Shown here in pieces: positions 36,604 through 44,806 of a stretch of 54,743 nucleotides of DNA; position 1 is the stretch's first letter, and each line of letters begins with the position of its first letter. The DNA is taken from NCBI GenBank assembly GCA_964454195.1, contig CAYVRD010000001.1, positions 1 through 54,743 of the forward strand, in the 5' to 3' direction. Below the pieces are notes generated by a model, which saw nothing but the letters and a program-made list of their open reading frames with translations, did not search any database and was not told where the DNA came from. This DNA comes from an uncultured Clostridia bacterium (GTDB lineage Bacteria > Bacillota > Desulfitisporia > Desulfitisporales > JAWSUQ01). Made by a program: the position numbers and the translations under genes.

Positions 36604-37833
36604 GTGGCAAATAAAATGAACTGTAAAAAAACAATTAAAGTAATTCATTTACTATTTTTAGTGCTAGCCCTTGCCTTGATAGGGTTGGGCTGTGGAGTAG
36701 AGGGAGTAATAAGCCAGCTGAAGGGAGAGCCTCGGGAGGAGCAGCAAGTACTAACAGGAGATTCTACCCCAGAAGAAGTGGAGATTGAAGCTGAACCAGA
36801 GCCATTAAGAAAAATTTCTATTGCTGCAGTAGGTGATATAATGGCCCATATGCCCCAAATAAATTCAGCTTATAGAAAAGAAAAAAATATCTATGACTTT
36901 AGGGATCACTTTTCTGAGGTCAAGCCTATCTTTCATGCAAGTGACTTGGTCATTGGGAACCTGGAGACTACTCTGGCAGGGAAAGATAGAGGCTATTCAG
37001 GGTATCCTATGTTTAATGCTCCGGACGAATTGGCGGATGCCCTAGCTTGGGCAGGCTTTGATGTGCTATCAACAGCTAATAATCACTCTTTAGACAGAGG
37101 AGAGAAGGGCTTGCTGCGCACCTTGGAGGTATTGGTGGAAAGGGGTATAACTCCAGTGGGCACCCACTCTAGCTTAGAAGCTAGAAACAGCCCAGTTATT
37201 GTAGAGAGGAACGGAATTACCATAGGCCTACTGGCTTACACCTACGGTACAAATGGCATCCCGATACCCAACGGAAAAAGCTACCTGGTGAATCTAATAG
37301 ACCACCAGCAGATGGAGGAGGATATCACTAATTTGCGACCTCTAGTGGACTTAGTTGTCATCTGCATGCACTGGGGAAACGAATACCAGAGGCAGCCTCA
37401 TGCATCTCAAAGGTCTTTAGCTAATATGCTAGTAGCTTGGGGAGCTGATATTATCTTAGGTAGCCATCCCCACGTCATCCAGCCAGCAGAATTTATCAAT
37501 GACAGCTTTGTAATATATTCCTTGGGCAACTTTATTTCCAATCAACGAGATCGCTATAGAGATAGCGGCGTAATCCTAACCCTTGAAATAACCAAAGATC
37601 CTGTTGACAACAAAGTATCTATTGAAAGGGTAAGCTATATACCAACTTGGGTGCATAAATTTCGAAAGGATAATAGATGGAACTATCGAATTCTACCTGT
37701 GGAAGAATACCTGACAAAATACAATTCGGGGCAAGACAGGTATATTGAAAAAGGAGAGTATGAGCGGCTGCAGCAGGTATGGAAGGAAACTAGGGAGCAC
37801 TTAGGGGAATTAAATAGAGAAATGGAAATCTAA
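36604..37833 (+). CDS. CapA-family (PGA_cap metallophosphatase-like) lipoprotein
   Basis: Lipobox LIGLGC. Blocks ISIAAVGDIM, GNLET, ANNHSLD and MHWGNEY typical of CapA. GTG start 7 nt after GGAGG. Confidence 0.8.
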   Translation: MANKMNCKKTIKVIHLLFLVLALALIGLGCGVEGVISQLKGEPREEQQVLTGDSTPEEVEIEAEPEPLRKISIAAVGDIMAHMPQINSAYRKEKNIYDFRDHFSEVKPIFHASDLVIGNLETTLAGKDRGYSGYPMFNAPDELADALAWAGFDVLSTANNHSLDRGEKGLLRTLEVLVERGITPVGTHSSLEARNSPVIVERNGITIGLLAYTYGTNGIPIPNGKSYLVNLIDHQQMEEDITNLRPLVDLVVICMHWGNEYQRQPHASQRSLANMLVAWGADIILGSHPHVIQPAEFINDSFVIYSLGNFISNQRDRYRDSGVILTLEITKDPVDNKVSIERVSYIPTWVHKFRKDNRWNYRILPVEEYLTKYNSGQDRYIEKGEYERLQQVWKETREHLGELNREMEI

Positions 37834-37840
37834 AAATAAA

Positions 37841-37886
37841 AATCCTGCTGATATGAGGCAAAATTGCCCTTTATGACAGCAGGATT
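37841..37886. terminator. Bidirectional stem-loop between CapA and the CBS gene
   Basis: AATCCTGCTG / CAGCAGGATT 10-bp stem with an inner GGCA/TGCC helix, flanked by A and T runs. Confidence 0.65.
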
Positions 37887-37904
37887 TTATCTTAATTATA
37901 CTTA

Positions 37905-38306
37905 CTACTCATTCATCATTGCCCTTAATACGTCGGTCTCTGTTAATACCCCTACTAGTTGTCCATCGCTTATTACAGGGAGACAGCTGATTTTATTTTC
38001 TAGCATCAGCTTAGCTGCATCCTTAACCGTTTTCTCCGGATCAATAACCTCTAGCTTTTTAGTCATAAAATCCTTTAACTGAACCTTATCTAATAGGTAT
38101 AAAAGCTCATGATTACTTAAAGCGTTAGCGGGAGAAGGGGATACCCGATACAAGTCAGTTAGGGTGACTATGCCAGCCAGCTGGTCCCCATTCATAACTA
38201 GTAGATGGCGAATCTGATGCTGCTCCATTTTTTCCATTGCTTCTATAAAACTGGAGGATTGGGAAATGGTGATAACATTATTGGACATATATTTTTTTAC
38301 TAACAT
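37905..38306 (-). CDS. CBS domain pair protein
   Basis: Two CBS motifs (HLLVMNGDQLAGIVTLTDL and CLPVISDGQLVGVLTETDVL). AAGGAG lies 9 nt before ATG 38306, so I prefer it to the track TTG at 38315. Confidence 0.8.
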   Translation of the reverse strand: MLVKKYMSNNVITISQSSSFIEAMEKMEQHQIRHLLVMNGDQLAGIVTLTDLYRVSPSPANALSNHELLYLLDKVQLKDFMTKKLEVIDPEKTVKDAAKLMLENKISCLPVISDGQLVGVLTETDVLRAMMNE

Positions 38307-38348
38307 AAACATCAACTCCTTTTGTTAGTTTAAGCAATCTAACATATA

Positions 38349-38367
38349 TTTTTGCATAATGCAAAAA
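38349..38367. promoter_or_regulatory. Perfect 9-1-9 palindrome TTTTTGCAT-A-ATGCAAAAA in the CBS / pdp divergent region
   Basis: Read directly. It is a candidate operator and the binding factor is unknown. Confidence 0.3.
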
Positions 38368-38500
38368 ATATTATTGTTTGACAAATAAGTTCGATATAAT
38401 ATTAGAAAAATCCTTTATTTCATATGCAGGATTTTCCTAAAATAAATAAGAAAGTTAAGATTAGAACTAAATAATAAAGCTAGGGCGAGGAGTGGAGTCA

Positions 38501-39832
38501 ATGAGAGCATATGATATAATTCTTAAAAAGCGCAACGGAATTAAGCTGACTAAAGAAGAGATTAAACATATGGTTCAAGGGTATACCCAAGGACAAATTC
38601 CCGATTACCAAATGGCTGCCTTCAACATGGCGGTTTATTTTAAGGGACTAAATAAGGAAGAAACACTAGCCTTGACACTGGCCATGCTGGAGTCGGGAGA
38701 CCAAGTAAACCTTGCTGATATACCTGGAATAAAAGTAGATAAGCACAGCACAGGGGGAGTAGGAGATACCACTACCTTAGTGCTTGCCCCATTAGTTGCT
38801 GCAGCAGGAGTTCCAGTAGCTAAAATGTCTGGACGTGGTCTGGGGCATACCGGGGGTACTGTGGACAAATTTGAAGCCATTCCTGGCTTCAATACATCCC
38901 TGCCAATTCAGGAGATGATTAGAGCGGTAAAGGAAATTGGAGTAGCAGTGGTGGGACAAACAGGCAATCTGGTGCCGGCTGATAAGAAGCTGTATGCCCT
39001 CAGAGATGTAACTGCAACGGTGGATAGCTTGCCGCTAATCGCCAGCAGCATTATGAGCAAAAAGCTGGCTGCCGGGGCAGAAGGCTTAGTGCTGGATGTG
39101 AAAACGGGAGATGGAGCCTTTTTAAAGGATCTGGATGAAGCCTTTGCCTTAGCTAAAACCATGGTAGAAATAGGACAGGGAGCGGGCAGGAGAACGGTGG
39201 CGGTACTAACTGATATGGACCAGCCTTTAGGTAAAGCGGTGGGTAACGCTCTGGAAATAGAAGAGGCTATTTGGACACTGAAGGGTCAGGGTCCAAAGGA
39301 CTTAGAGGAGCTGTGCCTGTTTTTGGGCGGTCATATGCTGCAGGTGGCTGGAAGGGTCAAAGATGTGGAGGAAGGCCAACAGCTTTTAAAGCAGCTTATT
39401 GCCAATGGTGGAGCGCTGGAAAAGCTAAGACAGCTGATAATAGCTCAGCAAGGAGACCCAGCAGTAATTGATAATCTGGCCTTATTACCCCAAGCGGACA
39501 AAAAGATTTTTGTTAAAGCAGGAGAATCTGGCTATGTTCATCAAATAAAGGCGGAAGAGATTGGGGTCAGCGCCATGCTGCTGGGGGCAGGTAGAGAAAC
39601 CAAGGAATCAATTATTGATTTAGCTGTGGGGATAGTTTTGGAGAAAAAGGTGGGAGATAAGGTAGAGCAAGACGATGTGCTGGCAGTGCTCCATGGGAAC
39701 AACAGCACCCTGGAAAAGCTGGAGCCCATAGTTCAAAAGGTATTAGGAGCATTCACTATTAAGCCAGAGCTAAAGGAGCCTCCTAAGCTTATTCAAGGAT
39801 TTGTTGATAAAGACAATGTGTACAAATATTAG
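38501..39832 (+). CDS. pdp: Pyrimidine-nucleoside (thymidine) phosphorylase
   Basis: MRAYDIILKKRNG..., DKHSTGGVGD and SGRGLGHTGGT motifs. ATG 38501 follows GAGGAGTGGAG. Confidence 0.9.
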   Translation: MRAYDIILKKRNGIKLTKEEIKHMVQGYTQGQIPDYQMAAFNMAVYFKGLNKEETLALTLAMLESGDQVNLADIPGIKVDKHSTGGVGDTTTLVLAPLVAAAGVPVAKMSGRGLGHTGGTVDKFEAIPGFNTSLPIQEMIRAVKEIGVAVVGQTGNLVPADKKLYALRDVTATVDSLPLIASSIMSKKLAAGAEGLVLDVKTGDGAFLKDLDEAFALAKTMVEIGQGAGRRTVAVLTDMDQPLGKAVGNALEIEEAIWTLKGQGPKDLEELCLFLGGHMLQVAGRVKDVEEGQQLLKQLIANGGALEKLRQLIIAQQGDPAVIDNLALLPQADKKIFVKAGESGYVHQIKAEEIGVSAMLLGAGRETKESIIDLAVGIVLEKKVGDKVEQDDVLAVLHGNNSTLEKLEPIVQKVLGAFTIKPELKEPPKLIQGFVDKDNVYKY

Positions 39833-39857
39833 CTTACAGTCTTGAAGGAGGATTACT

Positions 39858-40565
39858 ATGAATAAAAGTGAAGTGGCGAAGCTGATAGACCATACTCTGT
39901 TAAAACCTGATACCAGGGAGGAGGATGTGGTTAAGCTCTGCAAAGAAGCTAGAGAACATGGATTTGCTTCAGTTTGCATCAATCCTGTTTATGTTGAGAC
40001 AGCTAAGCGGGAGCTAGCCCAATCCTCTGTTATGGTGTGCACAGTGGTAGGGTTTCCCTTGGGAGCCAACACTGCTGCAATTAAGGCAATGGAAGCGGAG
40101 CAAGCAGTGACTGCTGGAGCAGATGAAATTGATATGGTACTAAATATTGGGCTATTAAAAGCAGGAAATAGAGATGGCGTGTTAGAGGATATCAGTGGTG
40201 TGGTCAAGGCCTCTCAAGGGAAAACTGTAAAGGTTATCCTAGAGACAGGTGCATTAACAGATGAGGAGAAGATAGTAGCCTGCCAATTGGCAGTTCAGGC
40301 TGGTGCTCACTTTGTGAAAACCTCTACTGGCTTTGGGCCAGGAGGAGCTACAGCTGCGGACATAAAGCTAATGCGCCAAGCTGTAGGACCAGATATCGGG
40401 GTCAAGGCTTCGGGAGGAGTGCGCACCTATGAGGCGGTGGTGGAAATGGTTCAAGCTGGGGCCAGTAGAATTGGAACCAGTGGTGGGGTAAGTATTATTG
40501 CAGAAAGGGGTAAGGGAAATGGAAAAGAATTACGACCATTTGATAGCAGCGGCAATAAAGGCTAA
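39858..40565 (+). CDS. deoC: Deoxyribose-phosphate aldolase
   Basis: [19 protein letters not shown] and FVKTSTGF (Schiff-base Lys) motifs. Confidence 0.9.
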   Translation: MNKSEVAKLIDHTLLKPDTREEDVVKLCKEAREHGFASVCINPVYVETAKRELAQSSVMVCTVVGFPLGANTAAIKAMEAEQAVTAGADEIDMVLNIGLLKAGNRDGVLEDISGVVKASQGKTVKVILETGALTDEEKIVACQLAVQAGAHFVKTSTGFGPGGATAADIKLMRQAVGPDIGVKASGGVRTYEAVVEMVQAGASRIGTSGGVSIIAERGKGNGKELRPFDSSGNKG

Positions 40566-40956
40566 AGCCAATGCCTATGCTCCCTATTCAAAATTTAGAG
40601 TAGGTGCAGCCCTTTTGACCAAATCGGGAGAGATATTTACAGGCTGCAACGTGGAAAATGCCTCCTATGGTCTAACAAACTGTGCCGAGAGAACGGCAAT
40701 TTTCAAGGCGGTAAGTGAGGGGCATCAGGATTTTGTAGCCCTAGCCTTGGTGACTGATTTGGAGGAGTACGCATCTCCCTGTGGAGCATGTCGTCAGGTA
40801 ATGGTTGAATTTGGCCAGGATTATGATGTGGTCATGGGTACTGCAGCGGGGCAGTACTGGATAAAGACTAGCGGTGAGCTGTTGCCCTACAGCTTTACAA
40901 ATCAGCAGCTGGACAAGCTAACGGAACAGCAGGACAGCCTAGAGGGCTGGAAGTAG
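40519..40956 (+). CDS. cdd: Cytidine deaminase (homotetrameric type)
   Basis: CAERTAIF and PCGACRQV zinc motifs. ATG 40519 follows GGGGTAAGGGA. It overlaps the deoC tail by 47 nt. Confidence 0.9.
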   Translation: MEKNYDHLIAAAIKAKANAYAPYSKFRVGAALLTKSGEIFTGCNVENASYGLTNCAERTAIFKAVSEGHQDFVALALVTDLEEYASPCGACRQVMVEFGQDYDVVMGTAAGQYWIKTSGELLPYSFTNQQLDKLTEQQDSLEGWK

Positions 40957-40960
40957 TATT

Positions 40961-42055
40961 ATGAATCAGCTAGAAGTATTGATAAGAGAAGAAATTACTG
41001 CCAATGCCTTCATTAGCTTTCGCCAATTTATGGAGCTGGCCCTCTATCACCCCCAGCTGGGCTACTATACCTCGGATAAGCCCAAAATTGGTTCTAAGGG
41101 AGACTTTTACACCAGCTCTGATGTGGGCATTATCTTTGGTGCTATGCTTGCTAAGAAGATAGCCGAACTTTGGCGGGAGCTAAACTGTCCCCGGGAGTTT
41201 TATTTGGTGGAATACGGAGCGGGTAAAGGGATTTTGGCTCGAGATATTCTATTGACTATTAAAAAAGAGGAGCCAGAGCTATTTTCCCTTTTGACCTATG
41301 GAATAGTGGAGCTAAGCCCTAGTATGCAAAGGCTGCAAAGAGAAATACTGGAAAGCATAGACCTGCCTGGGCAGATAGTTTGGCTAGACAAGCTAAAGGA
41401 TGCTCCCCGCTATCCCCTGATAGGATGTGTCCTCAGCAATGAGCTGCTAGATGCCTTCCCTGTGCATCTGGTGCAGCTAACCAATCAGGGGCTGATGGAG
41501 GCGGTAGTGAAGTCTGACCAGGATGAAGAGCTATTTTTGGATTTTTCACTGCCTGCCTCAGAGGAAATACAAGCATTCTTAGAGCTGGCAGATACTACAT
41601 TAGAAGTAGGGCAGACTATCGAGGTAAATTTGGACAGTATTCATTGGCTAGAGGAAGTAAGTGGGGGCCTGGAGCAGGGCTACATTTTGACTATTGACTA
41701 CGGCTACCTGTCTCAGGAGCTGGCAGCTCCCCACCGATTCGATGGGACGCTCCTGTGCTATCAGCAGCATCAGGTTCAGGAGAACCCCCTGGAGGAAATT
41801 GGCTTAAGGGACATCACTGCCCATGTTAACTTTTCTGCCCTAATAAACTGGGGAGAAAAGCATAGCCTACAAAAGGTTGAGTATGGGACCCAGGGCAGGT
41901 TTTTGATAAACATGGGTATTGGGGAACAAATGCAGGGACAATCGGAAGGTCAGTTTGATTTGGAGAAATACAGGCTAAATCAAAAGATAAGGCAGCTGAT
42001 TATGCCTGGAGGAATGGGAGACGCCTTCAAGATATTGCTCCAGCGCAAGAAATAA
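40961..42055 (+). CDS. SAM-dependent methyltransferase, DUF185/MidA (NDUFAF7-like) family
   Basis: FRQFMELALYHPQLGYY..., LVEYGAGKG and NELLDAFPVH blocks. Confidence 0.75.
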   Translation: MNQLEVLIREEITANAFISFRQFMELALYHPQLGYYTSDKPKIGSKGDFYTSSDVGIIFGAMLAKKIAELWRELNCPREFYLVEYGAGKGILARDILLTIKKEEPELFSLLTYGIVELSPSMQRLQREILESIDLPGQIVWLDKLKDAPRYPLIGCVLSNELLDAFPVHLVQLTNQGLMEAVVKSDQDEELFLDFSLPASEEIQAFLELADTTLEVGQTIEVNLDSIHWLEEVSGGLEQGYILTIDYGYLSQELAAPHRFDGTLLCYQQHQVQENPLEEIGLRDITAHVNFSALINWGEKHSLQKVEYGTQGRFLINMGIGEQMQGQSEGQFDLEKYRLNQKIRQLIMPGGMGDAFKILLQRKK

Positions 42056-42085
42056 GCAGATGGCTTGGTGGTAGGGGGGAATGAG

Positions 42086-43810
42086 ATGGAGGCCTTAAAG
42101 CGTTTTTTCAGTTATCTGCGTCCCTATTGGATGGGGATTGCTATAGTATCCTGTTTGATGATTTTTTCAGCAGCAGTCACCACCCTTATTCCCCAATTAA
42201 TTCGAGTTGTAATTGATAAGGTGGTTCTAGAGGGGGACCATGAGCGCTTAAATCTGATTATTGGTGGCACCGCTGGTATTTTGGCGCTGAAGGCTTTTTT
42301 CAACTGGTATCGGGTGAGACTTAACTTTAAAATTGCTCAGAATGTGTTATATGATTTGAGTCGGGATTTAACCTCCCATCTCTATCGCCTATCTCTCCGC
42401 TACTATGAGTCAAATATCACTGGGAGAATTATGTCTAGGGTGATAAATGACGTGAACAGCCTACAGCAGATGATCGTTATGGGCTCATCTCAGCTGGTGG
42501 AGCAGACGCTGACTATTTTTGGTGTGCTTGTCATCGTCATGCTGATGAACTGGAAGCTGAGCCTGGCTACTCTGCTGCTTTTTCCGGTGATGCTGTTCAT
42601 AGTTATAACCGTCAGTAAAAGCATGAGAAGGATTAGCAAAGATTATCAGGTAAAGATAGGCGAAATGGCGGGAATATTACAGGAGGGGTTAAGCGGTATC
42701 AAGGTAGTCCAGGCCTTTGGCGGAGAAAAGCAGGAGCTAGAAAAATTTTCAGCTAAGGCAGAGGGCAAAAAGAAGCTGGGAATCTTTCGAGGCAATCAGG
42801 TGGCCAAACTGGAGACTACGGTGGACCTGACCACCAACCTTTCAACCCTGATTATTTTGTGGGTAGGGGGCAACCAGGTGATGGCGGGCACCTTATCCCT
42901 AGGAGAGCTGGCAGCCTTTTTAGCTTATATGCAGCTGCTGTTTAGACCTATTATCCGCATGTCTATGCTAAACAACGTGGTTCAGAGTGGTATTGCCAGT
43001 CTGGAAAGAATTTATGAGCTGCTAGATCAGCAGCCTGACGTAATAGAGGACACCCATGCTGTGTCAATAGATGAAATCAGAGGCCAGGTAGAGTTTAAAA
43101 ATGTATCCTTTAGCCACGGCAGTGAGCAGGTGCTTAAGGATATCAGCTTTCAGGCCCGCTCTGGCCAGATTATTGCCCTAGTTGGCCCAAGTGGAGCAGG
43201 CAAGTCAACTCTAGTCAACCTGATCCCCAGATTCTACGACGTGGAGCAAGGGCAAATTACCATTGATGGCATCGATTTGCGTCGGCTTAAGCTGGCATCG
43301 CTGCGCAGTCACATTGGCATGGTGTTACAGGAGCCTGTTTTATTTAGTGGCAGTGTGCGGGATAATCTTCGCTATGCTAAAGAAGAGGTGGGTGAGGAGG
43401 AAATGGTAGCAGCGGCCAAAGCAGCCAATGCCCATGAGTTTATTGAGCATCTGCCCCAAGGCTACGATACGGAGATAGGAGAAAAGGGAGTAAAGCTCTC
43501 GGTGGGGCAGAAACAGAGAATTGCCTTAGCCATGGCTATCATCAAAGACCCTAAAATATTTATCCTAGATGAGGCTACCTCATCCCTAGACTCAGAATCA
43601 GAGCAGCTGATTCAACAGGCACTAGAGAAGCTGTATCAAAAGCGCACCACCTTTGTCATCGCCCATAGGCTTTCTACCATTGTCAAGGCTGATCAAATCC
43701 TGGTGATAGACAACGGTGAGGTTGTGGCCCGGGGCAAGCACCATGAGCTATTAGAGTCGGATGGATTATACCGCAAGCTCTACTATGCCCAGTTTGGCAA
43801 TGAACAGTAG
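42086..43810 (+). CDS. ABC exporter, fused permease/ATPase (MsbA/LmrA-like)
   Basis: Six-TM domain plus Walker A GPSGAGKST, signature LSVGQKQR and Walker B IFILDEATS. Confidence 0.85.
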   Translation: MEALKRFFSYLRPYWMGIAIVSCLMIFSAAVTTLIPQLIRVVIDKVVLEGDHERLNLIIGGTAGILALKAFFNWYRVRLNFKIAQNVLYDLSRDLTSHLYRLSLRYYESNITGRIMSRVINDVNSLQQMIVMGSSQLVEQTLTIFGVLVIVMLMNWKLSLATLLLFPVMLFIVITVSKSMRRISKDYQVKIGEMAGILQEGLSGIKVVQAFGGEKQELEKFSAKAEGKKKLGIFRGNQVAKLETTVDLTTNLSTLIILWVGGNQVMAGTLSLGELAAFLAYMQLLFRPIIRMSMLNNVVQSGIASLERIYELLDQQPDVIEDTHAVSIDEIRGQVEFKNVSFSHGSEQVLKDISFQARSGQIIALVGPSGAGKSTLVNLIPRFYDVEQGQITIDGIDLRRLKLASLRSHIGMVLQEPVLFSGSVRDNLRYAKEEVGEEEMVAAAKAANAHEFIEHLPQGYDTEIGEKGVKLSVGQKQRIALAMAIIKDPKIFILDEATSSLDSESEQLIQQALEKLYQKRTTFVIAHRLSTIVKADQILVIDNGEVVARGKHHELLESDGLYRKLYYAQFGNEQ

Positions 43811-43825
43811 CCTTTACGTATGGTA

Positions 43826-44434
43826 TTATGGATGGACGTAGCCCAAAATATCTTGGGAGTATTTGCTTTCCGAGGTTCCAGTTCTAGTAATATATCTTTT
43901 CAGACCAGTAGGGCCTCTGTTGTAGGCTGTCAGGGCCGAGTGCTGATCCTGATAGCGATCCATTAGCTGCTTTAGGTAATAGGTTCCAAGGCGGATATTA
44001 GTAGAAATATCCGTTAGCTGGTAGTTTTCTAGCCCCAGCTCCTTGGCGCAGATTTGTCCCGTTTTAGGCATAACCTGCATCAAGCCCTGAGCACCCTTGC
44101 TGCTAACAGCCTTAATGCGGAAATGACTCTCCTTTTTGATGACGGCTAAAATCAGCTTGTAGTCCATATCAAACTCAAGGGAACTCTGATAGACGCTTTG
44201 GGCTATCTCAAACAACTCCATGCTAGTTAGCTTGGGGTTGTTTTTTTTGGCAGTGTCCTTAATCTCCCGGTATATGGCATAGCGGTTGTCAGGAATTACC
44301 TCCTCCTGCTCTGCCTCTTTAGATTTAAGCTTGTCCCAGTTAAAATCCGCCGATGCTAGAGCAGCACCTAAAACAAGTCCCGCAACGGTACAGCAGATTA
44401 GTAAGGATCTTTGTGCAGTTGAAAGATTCTTCAT
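43826..44434 (-). CDS. Lytic transglycosylase (SLT domain) with an N-terminal membrane anchor or signal
   Basis: ESHFRIKAVSSKGAQGLMQVMP catalytic block. GGAGGTG RBS. Confidence 0.8.
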   Translation of the reverse strand: MKNLSTAQRSLLICCTVAGLVLGAALASADFNWDKLKSKEAEQEEVIPDNRYAIYREIKDTAKKNNPKLTSMELFEIAQSVYQSSLEFDMDYKLILAVIKKESHFRIKAVSSKGAQGLMQVMPKTGQICAKELGLENYQLTDISTNIRLGTYYLKQLMDRYQDQHSALTAYNRGPTGLKRYITRTGTSESKYSQDILGYVHP

Positions 44435-44668
44435 ACTGCATCACCTCCTAATGGAAAGGTTTAACTATTTACCTTTTGTAAGTGGTATTTTACTTTATCT
44501 ATCCAAAAAAGTCTAGTAAATATTGTCGAATTTAGGACCAGGGGCCTAAAATAAATAGGATATTAGCACGATAGAAGTCGAAGGCAAAAAATGTTAAATT
44601 TAAAATGCAATTAAATTATTAATCAGCCTCCCTTACTATATGATATATATGGTATCTATATAGTGGCC

Positions 44669-44699
44669 CCCAAATTTCATATTTGGGTGGTTTTTTTTT
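44669..44699 (+). terminator. Terminator-like hairpin plus T9 inside the 372-bp leader of the giant gene
   Basis: CCCAAAT (44669-44675) / ATTTGGG (44681-44687), then TGG and T9 (44691-44699). There is no plus-strand gene upstream. It lies 108 nt before ATG 44807. Confidence 0.4.
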
Positions 44700-44806
44700 G
44701 TATTTTTTTCTAAAAACTCTTTAGAAAAATAGCTCTTTATCCGATAAGAACCCTAGTATTATATTTTTCTGTCGAATTACAATTAGCTGAAACGGAGGCC
44801 ATAAAG

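Noticed and set aside
37864-38082. ORF 37864..38082 (+)
   Set aside because: It is antisense to the CBS-pair gene and starts inside the bidirectional terminator.
38378-38400. Consensus-looking TTGACA (38378-38383) and TATAAT (38395-38400) upstream of pdp
   Set aside because: The spacer is only 11 nt, so the two hexamers cannot act together as a sigma-A promoter. I make no promoter call from them.
44575-44650. Resemblance of GGCAAA...ATGCAA...CAGCC in the giant-gene leader to the c-di-GMP-I (GEMM) core
   Set aside because: The helices required around these motifs are only weak A-U pairings, and the ACGCAAAGC block is not matched. This is insufficient by eye, so I leave it as a covariance-model test under the leader finding.
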